Positions 12,305-24,077 are shown, numbered from the stretch's first letter. The stretch: DNA of 40,473 nucleotides from Chiloscyllium plagiosum (GCF_004010195.1 NC_057759.1:2171237-2211709); one strand, 5' to 3'. The notes: generated from the letters alone by a model not told the origin. A program made the numbers and translations.

Positions 12305-12849
12305 TTATCAATCTCTACCTGTCAGTTTCTCCTGTGAGTATGAGAGTGTCATTATCAAACTGTACATGTCAATTTAAGTAATTTGAAACAGTGTTATCAA
12401 TCTGTTCCTGTCAGTTTCTGCTTTGTGAATGAAAATGCAGTTACGAGTCTTCCTCTGAAATGTCCTGCCATGTGCATTTGAGTGTGATTGAACAATCTGT
12501 CCCTGTTATATTCTGCTCTGTGTATCTCAGGATGTAGCTATGAATCTGTCTCTGTCAATGTCTAGTTTATAAATGTGCAAATGCATTTATCAGACTGTAC
12601 CTGCCAGTCTTTGTAAAGTGTGTATGGGGAGTGTGAGGAGTGTATTTAAGTACCATGCTCTCCCTTTCAGTTTCTGCAGAGTGAATTGGTGAGAACAGCT
12701 ATCAATCTCCGCCTGTCAGTTTCTGTTGTGTCCACATGAGGTTCAGGAATTGATCTAACCTTGTCAGTTTCTGCTGTGTGACTGAGAGTCAAGGGCTCAA
12801 TCAGTACCAGCCACTTTCAAATCTCATGCATCAAAGTTGCTTAATTCGC

Positions 12850-13090
12850 TGACAGCAAATAATATTGTATGAGTCCAATGATGACAACGAATCTATTGTT
12901 GTTTGCCTGAAAAACCCATCTTGTTCACTACTGTCCTTTAAAGGAAGGAAACTGACATCCTTACCTGGTCTGGCCTACATGTGTTTCCAGACCCACAGCA
13001 ATGTGGCTGACACATAACTACCCCCTGGGCAGTTAGGAATGTGCAATAAATGCTGGCCAAGCCAGTGATGCCCTCGTCCTGTGAATGAAT
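12850..13090 (+). mobile_element. Old SINE 3' half, family not assigned
   Basis: AAAAACCCATCTTGTTCACTA...CCTTACCTGGTCTGGCCTACATGTG...AATAAATGCTGGCCAAGCCAGTGATGCCC...TGAATGAAT. The tail resembles the reverse complement of the LINE end at 16762-16812. Confidence 0.6.
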
Positions 13091-15799
13091 TTAGGAAAAA
13101 TAATTCTCAGTGACTGCGATTGATTCTGAGAAAGCAGATTTTAGGGTGTTGCGATTGGCCCTGAATGTCTTCTGCATTTTCTGATTTATGAGAGGTCCAG
13201 AATTGGTACGGCTATTCAGCCCATTGTGTCCAGAGTTAAAATTTCCAGTCCAGTAACCCTTCCTGAGAACTGACATTCTATTCTTCACCTGTTCTCCATA
13301 CTAGTTTCCACTAACTGTTGGGATTCTGAACTTTATCCACTCACTGCCAGTATCTCTATATACATGCTAATTTGAGATTATTTGTGCAGTTATCTGTCTT
13401 TGAATAACTATAGTGCCAGTTTTGTTCTGTGGGCAACAGTGTCAGGTAGAGTATTTGGATCTCATTCTCTTTCCATGTTCAGCTGTGTTTGTTCTGGGTC
13501 TGAGTGTAGGATAAACTCGATCAATATTCACTAACCTTTTCTGATTAAGGGATTAAAGTTGGATGAATATTTAGATTTGCCATGAATCTGAATTTTATTG
13601 TATTCAGACAGTTTTTTTTTTACATTTTGTGTATGCAGGAGCCTTTATCAGTTGCTGCTGAACATTAAGATGTAACATCTGACACCAACTGAAGCAAATA
13701 ATGGTTTGGTGAGTCAATTTAAAACTGTCCATATTTGGAAATACCTGGGCCTAAATTTCATTTTTTTTACCCTTTTACCATTAACTGGCTGTGTGTGAGT
13801 GAGTTTTCTGTTGTACTGCCAATCTGTATCACTTGAAAGGAATGGCACTGGTCTATATCACACTGACATTTTTTGGATGTCACCTTATGTTTCCAGTTCT
13901 GCATGTCATGATCTGACACACTTTATGAGGTGGGTTTAATGCCTTATAAATCAATGTTTCATACATTAAAACGTACGGAAATGCTTCTGCATTACTCAGC
14001 CCTTCAACCAGAATGAAAGTGTGCAGAATGCGTGTGTTCATCAGCACCAGGCTCAGTGTGAGAATGAGATTCCTTCACTCTCTGATACTAGATATCAATC
14101 TGCTCCTTATTCTTGGTTATTGTGTTTCACAGTGCTTCAGTGTCATCCAAATTGAAACATCTCACTTTTAGTAACTGCTACTGTACTTCAGTGTTCAAAC
14201 TTCTGCTCCTTGACATGAATGAGGTACTATCCATTGCCACTGGAGTCAGCTCCTGTCAGTGAAAGTGGATGTGTTTGTATATCTGTTAATCTCTGGCACT
14301 GCACATGTAGTTCGATAATGTCCACAATGTTCCTTAGTTGTAGTGCCTGTAGGATCCATGGCCAGGTGCATGTGCAACACATTGCAGCAGAAAAGTATGT
14401 ACGCTTTCCTTCAGGAGTCAAGGGGAGAAAAGCAAAGGATTTTTGTAACTCCTATAGTGCAGAATCGAAATAGGAACAGTGGGGATATCAAGGTCTGGTT
14501 TTCAGGATGCTATCAATTATTGCATAGTGACATATTTTACCAATAAATTAATGATCAGTATTAACCAAACCAATTTGCAACTAAATGAATATTTCATCTG
14601 CATTCCAGCTGACTGACCAGTGTTCCTTGTACAGGAAAGGTAATTGGCCAATCTGGACAGGATCTAGTGCAGTGGTCTTGTGTTGCTCTATGTTGTTTGG
14701 TTGGGGGCAGAGGGGTTGGGGGCAGAGGAGGAAGAGGAAGAGGAGAATTCCACCATTCAGTGAAGATTATTTGAACTGTTAAATTCAATCTATTGAACCA
14801 TCAACTCTTGTTGGAAAAAAATTGTGCAACTTGATACCAATTTTGGCTTTTTCTATCTTTTTGCACCACTTTATATGGCAACCATCCGATTCCATTGACT
14901 TCTTCACAAAACCACACGCCGAATCCTTGCATTTTTCTAATGTATCGACGGAAGAGTCAAAAAGAATGCAGGGCTCTTCACAGAAAATCGAAACACACTT
15001 TGAAATGCATATGGAATAATAAAAAAAACGTTTTGCTGGATAGAAGAAGAAAACAACTACAAAATTATGAAATGGAGAAACACACTCTGATACAGATGGG
15101 GACGACAGCTTCTCTGCTGCCATGATATTTTTAGTGGAAAGGGAATTCTGGTTGAAATGGATTAGAATTGTTAGTTCAGTTAACTATTATGTTGTTATAC
15201 ACTGTCTTTGATCAGTCAAACTTAATAATTTGAAGAGACTTATTCTGTGCTGTAAATTTCTTTGACTTGAGATCTGAGAGTAAAAACAGTTTAATGTCAT
15301 GTTTTCTGCTAGTTGCAGTGTAGATTGATCTTCATTACTGTTAGATGTTGTAATGAGCATTTCAGGATGGTGTACAAATTTGCAACTACTGTAAATCAGT
15401 CAGTAGCTGTGCGAGAGAGAATGGTGTGTGCGCGCGCGTAGGACTTCTGTTTATCAAAAGATTAATTTTGTCCCTCTCAGTTAGTGATAATGCCAAAGTT
15501 TCCTTCTATATCTGTACTCAATATCTCCTCCAGAAATCCTTGCTGTAACAATGTGACAGCATGATCTGCTTGTTCACCTTGATTGTAACTTTAAAACTGC
15601 CTTTACTATATGTGGAGTTTATGAAGTTCCTGAATGTCTACTTCATATGAGGATACAGTCTATCCCTCTTCTGATGCTGCAAATGATAATTGACTATGCG
15701 TAATGACATTTATTGGAACTGAGTTGTTATGCACTGAGTACAGGGAGAAATTTTTAAAAATCATCAGTTATGTTTGACTCTTGGACTGAATGTGTACTT

Positions 15800-16015
15800 G
15801 TGGAAATTGAGCTCAATGTGTGTCTGACTCAATCCACTGACTGTGGAAAGGACGTTCTCCAATCGGACAACAGTAACATATCTGCCAGTTGTTAGAAGCA
15901 GCTGTTCACTCGGCTTTGTACTGAGGAAATATTACAATATCTTGGTCCATGAATCATTTGCCTGGAGGAAGACAAGAGATTTTTATACATATATTCTGTA
16001 AATCACCATTAGCTG
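15800..16015 (-). repeat. Low-copy module X, copy 2 (core 15882-15961)
   Basis: Homologous to the other three copies. Acceptor TCTTCCTCCAG kept, donor mutated (CAG|ATATGT), core 2 nt shorter than copies 1 and 3. Confidence 0.8.
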
Positions 16016-16343
16016 AGTAGAAAGACATCAACTGATCAACGCAACATTCACGTCACCATCATGATAATTCTGTTTTTAAACAGGGCAATGTGAACAGAGC
16101 AAGGCCAGCTTACACTCGAACCCTGAGCTCCTCCCAATCTTTTTCTGATTGTGAAATTCTAAAAGAGTTTATTAAGGTACAAAAAACTAAACAACAACTG
16201 CACAACGCCATAAATGGAATGATTACAAAGTTCAATATTCAGCTCCCAATACACTAACTGTTGAAGGAAGAACAACGGGCACTACTATCTCATTTAGATA
16301 TACAGTACTGTCCCTTAATTACCTACAATTCAATGTCTAATCG

Positions 16344-16612
16344 CAACAAACAGCGGGAAATAGAAGCCAAACAATGAATTCCCATCAGTGTGTAGGGGAT
16401 TAAAAACCACAAGAATGTCCCACAGCAGCTTCTTCCCGCTCTGCATCACTCAGCAGGCCCACACACAGCCCGAGAAAGGTCTCTCTCTTCTGCCCAGCCC
16501 GCTGACTCCAAGTTCCGGGACCAGTTCCTGCTCCGCTCGGCCTCTTACAAACAGCCCCCGGTTCTCCCTGAACTCACCCCGAATCAATCCTGGTCTCGGA
16601 GCTGCCTCTGTG
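16344..16612. repeat. 269-bp GC/CpG-rich block duplicated at 38255-38523
   Basis: Ungapped alignment, about 17 mismatches counted by eye. Confidence 0.92.
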
Positions 16613-16761
16613 CAAAAATCAGACCTGGAGCAGGGGTGTGCAATAACGTCTCTATGCTTCGATTTAGTGTATAGCGGACAACAGATGTTAGTGTCAGGTA
16701 TGCTGCAGACAGAAACCTTGTGATGTATTGTATGCCACAATGATAGACCCCAGGTACTTTT

Positions 16762-17050
16762 GTTTATTTACTCTGGCGACGGGGACGTCGCTGGCTGAGC
16801 TTCGCATTTATTCCCCTTTGAGCAGGCGGTTGTGAGCCACCTTCTGGAACAGCTGTTGTCCATGTCCTGCCTACAATGCCATGAACAGGGAATTCCAGGG
16901 TCTTGGTCAAGCGACAGTGAAGGAAAGGGGATATATTTCCAAGTGATTATGGTGTGTGGCTTAGAGAGAAACTTGCCCTCTATCCAGCTGATGTCTCCCT
17001 ACATCAACTGCATTTAACTTTTCAGATGGAGGTTGCCCTGAGTTTGGAAA
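16762..17050 (-). mobile_element. Old non-LTR retrotransposon 3' end, family not assigned
   Basis: GGGACGTCGCTGGCTG..GCATTTATT...GTGAGCCACCTTCTGGAAC...GCGACAGTGAAGGAA.GG.GATATATTTCCAAGT pattern. Tail shared with 13045-13090. Confidence 0.55.
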
Positions 17051-17200
17051 GTTTTACAATTTACAGAGCTTTTGTATTACTTTTGTAAACTTAACAGAAC
17101 TTTAGGGTTCTGAGATGATATTTGATCCCAAGAATAGGCATACAAATTGGGAAGAAAATAAACAGACAAACATAAAGCCTGGGAACAATTTAGAATTCAG

Positions 17201-17685
17201 GGCAGAGGAGATGACCTGGGGGTTGCAGTGAGAGAGAAACTCACAGATTTTGTGGAGAGAGGAGAACTTCTTCAAGGCAGCATCCTTACAAGAGGATTCA
17301 GTAAGCTTATAATCAACTTTGTGGACTTCACCAGTTTCCACATTTCCCATCCCCCCACCTTACACCAGTTCCAACCTGCCAGCTCAGCAGCATCATCATG
17401 ACCTATCCTACCTGCCAATCTTCCTTCACATCTATCCGCTCCACCCTCCTCTCTGACGTATCACCTTCATCCCCACCTCCATCCACCTGTTACACTCTTA
17501 GCTACCTTCTCTCCAGCCCCACCCTGCTCCCATTTATTTCTCCACCCTGGAGGCTTCCAGCCTCATTCCTGATGAAACGCTTTTGCCCGAAACATCGATT
17601 TTCCTGCTCCCCGACCTGCTGTGCTATTCCAGCACCACTCTAATCTTGACTCTGATCTCCACCATCTGCAGTCCTCACTTTTGCC
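17201..17685 (+). mobile_element. Truncated Penelope-like element, probably with an inverted 5' piece, and a pLTR hammerhead remnant
   Basis: Perfect 16-bp TSD ACAATTTAGAATTCAG (17185-17200 and 17686-17701). 3' end CCATCTGCAGTCCTCACTTT matches the reverse complement of 1460-1480. CTGATGA (17569-17575) and GAAAC-ATC (17589-17596). Confidence 0.85.
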
Positions 17686-17701
17686 ACAATTTAGAATTCA
17701 G

Positions 17702-18790
17702 CAAATGATGAGATAAAGGGCATTGATTATGAAAGAGAAAATGAGCATGCAGATGTTTTGAAAAAGAAACTAACTGTTAAAGTATTGATAAATGTGTAAA
17801 GAGGAAATTGAAAAAATTGGTCAACACAAAAGGTCAATATGAGGCAGTCCATAATAGGGAGCAAAAATGGATATCCAACCAAATACATAACTGTTGTTCT
17901 CTGACCACAGAGGACGACACAAATGATGCACCAGGAATGTTGGGGAACACAGAGTTCAGTGAAACAAATCAGTATTGTTTGGAAAATTGTGTTGGGACAA
18001 TGGATAGGATTGCAGCTGGGAAACAGCAGGGCCTGGTCATCCACATCCCAGAGTACTTAACATAGTGGTCACAGATATAGTGAATAGTCATATTCCAAGA
18101 TTCCATTGACATTGTAATATTTTCCACAGATTGTGAGTTAGCTAATGTGACCAATCTATTTGAAAAGCAAGTTACAGATAATCTAGGAACTATAGGCCAC
18201 TCAGCCTGCAGGAAAAAAAATACTTCCAGAGTGTCTGCGGAAAAAAAAGATTGCGACCAAACAAAGTTAACATGGATTCGAAATGCCTGTTCCTGTGTCA
18301 TAATGTTTTATGTTCTCAGCTTGGCAAATCTGCTGGAGTAGAGGTGATATTCAGATGGCATCATTCGGATGTTCCTTTTGGCAAAATCTCACATAAAACA
18401 AAATAAAGAACATGGTGTTGAGATGGATTAAAAAAAAAACTGGTTGGCTGAAAGAAAACACGTAAAGGGGATAAATGGATCATTTTTTCGATGGCAAGCA
18501 GTGACGAGGAGTTGTGGCAAGAATCGTGATTAGAATCCTACTCTTCACAATACAGTCACAATGATTTAGAAGAGGAAATGAAATGTAATATCTCCAGATT
18601 GACAGATGATATAAAACTGGGTTGAATGGTGAGGTGTGAAAGAATATGCATTGTGATTGTGTTGAGGAGAAGTCAATGGGCAAAAGCAATATAATGTGGA
18701 TAAATGTAAGGTTTTTAGTAAGGACAGTAAGAGTTGATAAAAATGAAACTGGAGAAGCACAGCATCAGAGGACCAGCAAAGTCAATGTTT
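17702..18790 (+). mobile_element. Highly degenerate CR1 ORF2 fragment
   Basis: Residual motifs: GATTGTGAGTTAGCTAATGTGACCAATCTATTTGAAAAG (ANVT.LF.K), GGAACTATAGGCCA (NYRP), CAGATGATATAAAACTGGG (DD.KLG). Confidence 0.6.
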
Positions 18791-18799
18791 TCTTAGCAA

Positions 18800-20670
18800 A
18801 TCATATATTAGACATAGACAACTGGGGTGAAAAACATCTCTTGAACAGTATGCAAATAGTAAGGGCATTCTTGAGAGGGAGATTAGGAAATCAAATAGAG
18901 GAATATCAGATAGTCTTGGCAGGTAAGGTTAAGCATAATTCAACGATATTCTACAAGATCATTCAAAGCAAGTTAACAATGAGGGAGAAAGAAAGAAAGT
19001 AGGGCACCTTAAAGATCAAATAGGTTGTTGTTGTTGTTGTCAAAGCCTTTTCCCCTGAAAAGGAGTGCAAACTCAGCAGGCAGGCAGAACTCAGGCAAAT
19101 GGACGTTTATTCATGCAAAACCCAGTTAAAGCAGGGACAAAGGATTCTCTCCAGAGGCCAGCCCTGAAAGGGAGATCATGACACACTCTGAATGATTGAA
19201 TATTGGGTAATATTTTGCCATTATTTTAAGAAGGGATGTGAGGAGAAGCCTGGGAAGTATAGATCTGCGAGTCTGACTTGTGTGATGGGTACATTGTTGG
19301 AGGCGATTCTGAAAGATAGGATTCAATTGTATGGTTTTAGGGAGGAGTGGTAGGAGAGAGCAAGGAATAATTAGGAATTGTCAGGATTGTTTTGTAGAAG
19401 GAAATTATATTTCCCAAAGTTGATTGAGATTGTTGAGGGAATATCCAAGAAGATTGAGGGCACTGTGGTAAACATTATCGACTTGAAGTTTGGCAAAGCC
19501 TTTTACGAGATTCTGCATGGTAGACGAAATCACAAGGTTAGATTATATGGGGTTCAGTTGAGCGTGCCAATTGAATATAAAATTGGCATAACATCAGGAG
19601 ATGGAGAGGAGGTGGAGAGTTGCTTATTAGACTGGATGCAAGTTACCAATGATGTTCCACCCCAATCGGTGCTGGGTCCACTTTTGCTTGTTTATGTAAA
19701 TGAGTTAGATGAGATTACAGAAGGCATGGTTAGTAATTTTGCAGATGTCATCAAAATTGGTGACAGAGTGGACAGTGACGGCGAACTCAGATTAGAAACA
19801 AATCTTGACTAAATCAATGACGTGAGGACTGGCAGATGGAGTTCTTAAGGCATTGCATATTTACAAAACAAACAAAGGTAGGACTTATACCATTTCAAGT
19901 AGGGCCTTGGGTAGTGCAGTTGAACAGAGAGACCTAGTTGGCCAGCTGCATATTTTTGAATTTTGTTTCACATGTAGACAATGTGGTGAAGAAAATATCT
20001 AGCGTGCTTGCCTTCAGCGCTCAGACCTTGGAGTACAGGAGTTGGAAGGTCGTATTGAAGTTGTATAGGATGTTGATGAGTCCTCTTCTGGATTACCGTA
20101 TTAAGTTCTGGTCACCCTGTTATCAAAAGTATACTATTGAGCTGGAAAGGGTTCAGAAAAACTTTACTAGGATGTTGATGGGAATGGAGGGATTCCGTAA
20201 TAAGAATAGGCTGGGACTTCTGTTCTCTGGAGCCTAAGATCTTGATGGGTGATAGAGTTTTGACAATCATAAGGGCTAAAGGTAAGGGGAATGGCAGGTA
20301 TCTTTTTCTATGGTAAGAGACTGCAAGACTATGAGACACAGAGTCAGAGCATGGAAACAGACCCTGAAGTCCAACCCGTCCATGCCGACTAGATATCCCA
20401 ACCCAATCTAGTCCAAGGTAAAAGGAAAAAGATTTTACAAGTAAGTTTTTTTGTAAAAAAAACAGTATAGATTGTGTGGAATTAACTTCAAAAGAGGGTG
20501 ATGCATATGGACATAGTCACAATGTTGAAAAGATATTCAGATAAGTATATCATTGTTAAGATTTTGGAGGGTTATGGGTCAAGAACAGGCAGGTGGGACT
20601 TGTCTAGTTTGAGATTATATTGGGTATGGACTGTTTGGACAGAAGGATCTGCTTCTGTGCTATTTGACTG
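18800..20670 (+). mobile_element. Degenerate CR1 LINE, RT region and 3' UTR; short inverted CR1 tail at ~20335-20415
   Basis: ORFs 19378-19812 (FGKAFYEILHG, VPPQSVLGP, NFADVIKIG) and 19938-20237 (LYRMLMSPLLDY..FWSP..LERVQKNFTRML). Confidence 0.85.
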
Positions 20671-20853
20671 ACCCTTGCAGTGAGGCAACTGTTCTGGTTT
20701 GATCTCAGTTCATTTTGAAAGCTTCGAAACGACAGCAGAAAGTCTCATTCAGTGCACTGTGCAATCAAACAACACCCTTGGTGTATGGGAAATTTAACTG
20801 TAAAATGAATCTATCCGTGGAATTCAAAGACAGGGCACTTCTGTTTGGCAGAG

Positions 20854-21052
20854 GTGGGTATTGCAGATGCTGGAGATCAGAATGGTGCTTGAAAAATACA
20901 GCAGTTCAGGCAGCATCCGAGAAGCAGGAAAATCAATGTCTCAGGCAAAAGCCTTTCCTGATGAAGGGCTTTTACCCAAAACGTCCACTTTCCTGCTCCT
21001 CGGATGCTGCCTGACCTGCTGGGTTTTTTCCAGCACCACTCTAATGTGGACT
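20854..21052. mobile_element. Palindromic miniature Penelope-derived insertion (two inverted pLTR ends)
   Basis: 20854-20957 and 20963-21052 are diverged reverse complements. 18-bp TSD CACTTCTGTTTG(G/C)CAGAG at 20836-20853 and 21053-21070. CTGATGA-AGGGC-TTTT-ACCC-AAAAC-GTC starts at 20958. Confidence 0.85.
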
Positions 21053-21604
21053 CACTTCTGTTTGCCAGAGATCAAAATCAGGGTCATACCCCACAGGGGC
21101 GGGTAGCTCCCGAACTGGTCCAGTATAAAACAGCAACTTGACCAACTCGAAGCAGCTGAAAAATGACTGTTGCCTCAATTCTGCTCCCTCTCTACGGCCA
21201 GAGAAAGGACCCTCCACAGGAACTCATCCGAGAATAAAACACCGAGAGTCAGCGACCACTCATAAGCTTACTCGCGGCACTGGGGTCATTCAGCTCTTCC
21301 TAAATGCAGTTCAAGATAACGTGAAACTGCCTGTGAGCGGGTAGTACAGGGACAGTGATTCATTTATAAGACGATAATTAAAGAGATGAGATGACAGACA
21401 TCTACAACTGTTAAGATTGCGTTGTATCAATATTCCATGATACATTTTTCACGCTCCTCGTGCTACGGCTGAAACGGTAAACGGCCATGAGGAAAGGTTT
21501 CATATCAGATCACACACACAATGACAGTACAGTATCGAATAAGGGAGGGACTGACACCGATACCAATTAAATGAAGGTAATTCAATCCGACAGACGGGGG
21601 TGTT

Positions 21605-21651
21605 CAGCTCCTTTCACAGATGCTGTGAGTGGCTCTTAAAAGAGCCTTTGG
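21605..21651 (-). terminator. Histone 3'-end processing signal of H2A (stem-loop plus HDE)
   Basis: Minus strand CCAAA-GGCTCT-TTTA-AGAGCC-ACTCA (stem-loop 21631-21646), followed by purine-rich AAAGGAGCTG (21605-21614). Confidence 0.95.
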
Positions 21652-21676
21652 GTTGTCAGATTCAAGGATGGTCTCT

Positions 21677-22081
<405 letters not shown>

Positions 22082-23640
22082 TCAAACACTTTCAGAGAGA
22101 ATGGTGCACTCCGCCCACATNNNNNNNNNNNNNNNNNNNNNNNNNNNNNNNNNNNNNNNNNNNNNNNNNNNNNNNNNNNNNNNNNNNNNNNNNNNNNNNN
22201 NNNNNNNNNNNNNNNNNNNNNNNNNNNNNNNNNNNNNNNNNNNNNNNNNNNNNNNNNNNNNNNNNNNNNNNNNNNNNNNNNNNNNNNNNNNNNNNNNNNN
22301 NNNNNNNNNNNNNNNNNNNNNNNNNNNNNNNNNNNNNNNNNNNNNNNNNNNNNNNNNNNNNNNNNNNNNNNNNNNNNNNNNNNNNNNNNNNNNNNNNNNN
22401 NNNNNNNNNNNNNNNNNNNNNNNNNNNNNNNNNNNNNNNNNNNNNNNNNNNNNNNNNNNNNNNNNNNNNNNNNNNNNNNNNNNNNNNNNNNNNNNNNNNN
22501 NNNNNNNNNNNNNNNNNNNNNNNNNNNNNNNNNNNNNNNNNNNNNNNNNNNNNNNNNNNNNNNNNNNNNNNNNNNNNNNNNNNNNNNNNNNNNNNNNNNN
22601 NNNNNNNNNNNNNNNNNNNNNNNNNNNNNNNNNNNNNNNNNNNNNNNNNNNNNNNNNNNNNNNNNNNNNNNNNNNNNNNNNNNNNNNNNNNNNNNNNNNN
22701 NNNNNNNNNNNNNNNNNNNNNNNNNNNNNNNNNNNNNNNNNNNNNNNNNNNNNNNNNNNNNNNNNNNNNNNNNNNNNNNNNNNNNNNNNNNNNNNNNNNN
22801 NNNNNNNNNNNNNNNNNNNNNNNNNNNNNNNNNNNNNNNNNNNNNNNNNNNNNNNNNNNNNNNNNNNNNNNNNNNNNNNNNNNNNNNNNNNNNNNNNNNN
22901 NNNNNNNNNNNNNNNNNNNNNNNNNNNNNNNNNNNNNNNNNNNNNNNNNNNNNNNNNNNNNNNNNNNNNNNNNNNNNNNNNNNNNGAGGATGGGGGCAAA
23001 CAATGAAATAAGAAAAAAATATGGGGATTCAAACTGTATAAATTTCGAGAGTTTGTTGGATTTGGTGTGTATTTGTCATTGTCTTACCTGGCATTAGACA
23101 TTGCACCCACTTGCAAGTGTACAAATAAAGCGGCACTACCAGTTCAAATTTTTGGTCTCGGACTGAAATTATTGAAGTGAGTGAGCTTTTGTTTCTCACA
23201 CACTTCTGCAGCTGTTCTAGTTTTGTTTCGGTGCATTTTGCCCGGCGCAGCATCCTGACAATACCAGTGCGGAGATTTGGAAATGAAAAGTAAACAAAGT
23301 AAAATCGCACTCCGAGGGAACCTGTTTATTTCGCTAGTCGGCTGGTACTCGGGGCAAAAGGGCACTTCGTTTTCCGGGGGTGAAACTCAGGGTTCGTGCC
23401 CTATTGGGGCTTGTAACTCCTGAACTGATCGAGTAACACGGACACATACAAGCAGCTGAAAAATGACTCAGTGGCGTTTAAGATGATCTCTCTCCCCAGG
23501 CAGGGACTACAGGATATACATAATCGCATCTGAGAGTAAGGCGCGCATCGGGTCAGCGATCACTCATTACTTTATATAACATTTACAACAGACAAATCCC
23601 GCAGGGACATTAATGGTACATACCCAGAAACATAATGGTC

Positions 23641-23686
23641 CAGCTGTTTCAGGAAAGTTGTAGGTGGCTCTTATAAGAGCCTTTGG
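23641..23686 (-). terminator. Histone 3'-end processing signal of H2B (stem-loop plus HDE)
   Basis: Minus strand CCAAA-GGCTCT-TATA-AGAGCC-ACCTA (stem-loop 23666-23681), then GAAACAGCTG (23641-23650). Confidence 0.9.
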
Positions 23687-23722
23687 GTTGTGGATGTGTG
23701 TGTTTCAGTGCAGTACGGTCCC

Positions 23723-24077
23723 TCACTTGGAGCTGGTGTACTTGGTCACTGTCTTTGTGCCCTCCGACACGGCGTGCTTGGCCAGCTCCCCGGGCAGCAG
23801 CAGCCGCACGGCGGTCTGGATCTCCCGGGAGCTGATGGTGCTGCGCTTGTTGTAATGGGCCAGGCGGGAAGCCTCCCCCGCGATGCGCTCGAAAATGTCG
23901 TTGACGAATGAGTTCATGATGCTCATGACCTTGGAGGAGATGCCGGTGTCGGGGTGGACCTGCTGCATCACTTTGTAGATGTAGATGGAGTAACAATCTT
24001 TCTTGGACCGACTCCTCTTTTTGCCGCCCTTCACTGGTGCCATTCTTGGAAACTTGACCCTTCTTTTCCTCAGCCAT
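23723..24077 (-). pseudogene. H2B: Histone H2B, frameshifted in the N-terminal tail (probable pseudogene)
   Basis: ATG at 24077 gives [11 protein letters not shown], but ATG-to-stop is 355 nt, not divisible by 3. The histone fold ([20 protein letters not shown]...TKYTSSK) is in another frame and reachable only from the ATG at 24043 (106 aa). Several conserved residues are substituted. Confidence 0.8.

Larger units (their letters stand above)
9120..12815 (+). repeat. Degenerate ~47-50 bp tandem satellite array (unit A), interrupted by Rex1/Babar and Penelope insertions and a gap
   Basis: Recurrent unit approximating GTTATCAATCTGTACCTGTCAGTTTCTGCTGTGTGAATGTGTGAGTGTA. Confidence 0.85.

Noticed and set aside
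14785..15123. 112-aa ORF MAAEKLSSP..., with a paralogous start MAAEELPTPP at 37182
   Set aside because: The paralog stops after 10 codons, there is no recognisable domain and the sequence is AT-rich. Insufficient support for a CDS.
16388..16740. ORFs across the 269-bp conserved block (also 38285-38565)
   Set aside because: Starts, stops and lengths differ between the copies and nothing resembles a known protein. Openness is explained by high GC content.
23335..23402. Pol III gene suggested by GGTTCGTGCCC
   Set aside because: The B box lacks the invariant A, the A box is poor, no cloverleaf is evident and the motif is not kept in the paralogous copy near 21085.
23690..23911. Antisense ORFs over the histone genes (also 21629-22120)
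   Set aside because: Expected shadow ORFs of GC3-rich histone coding sequence.
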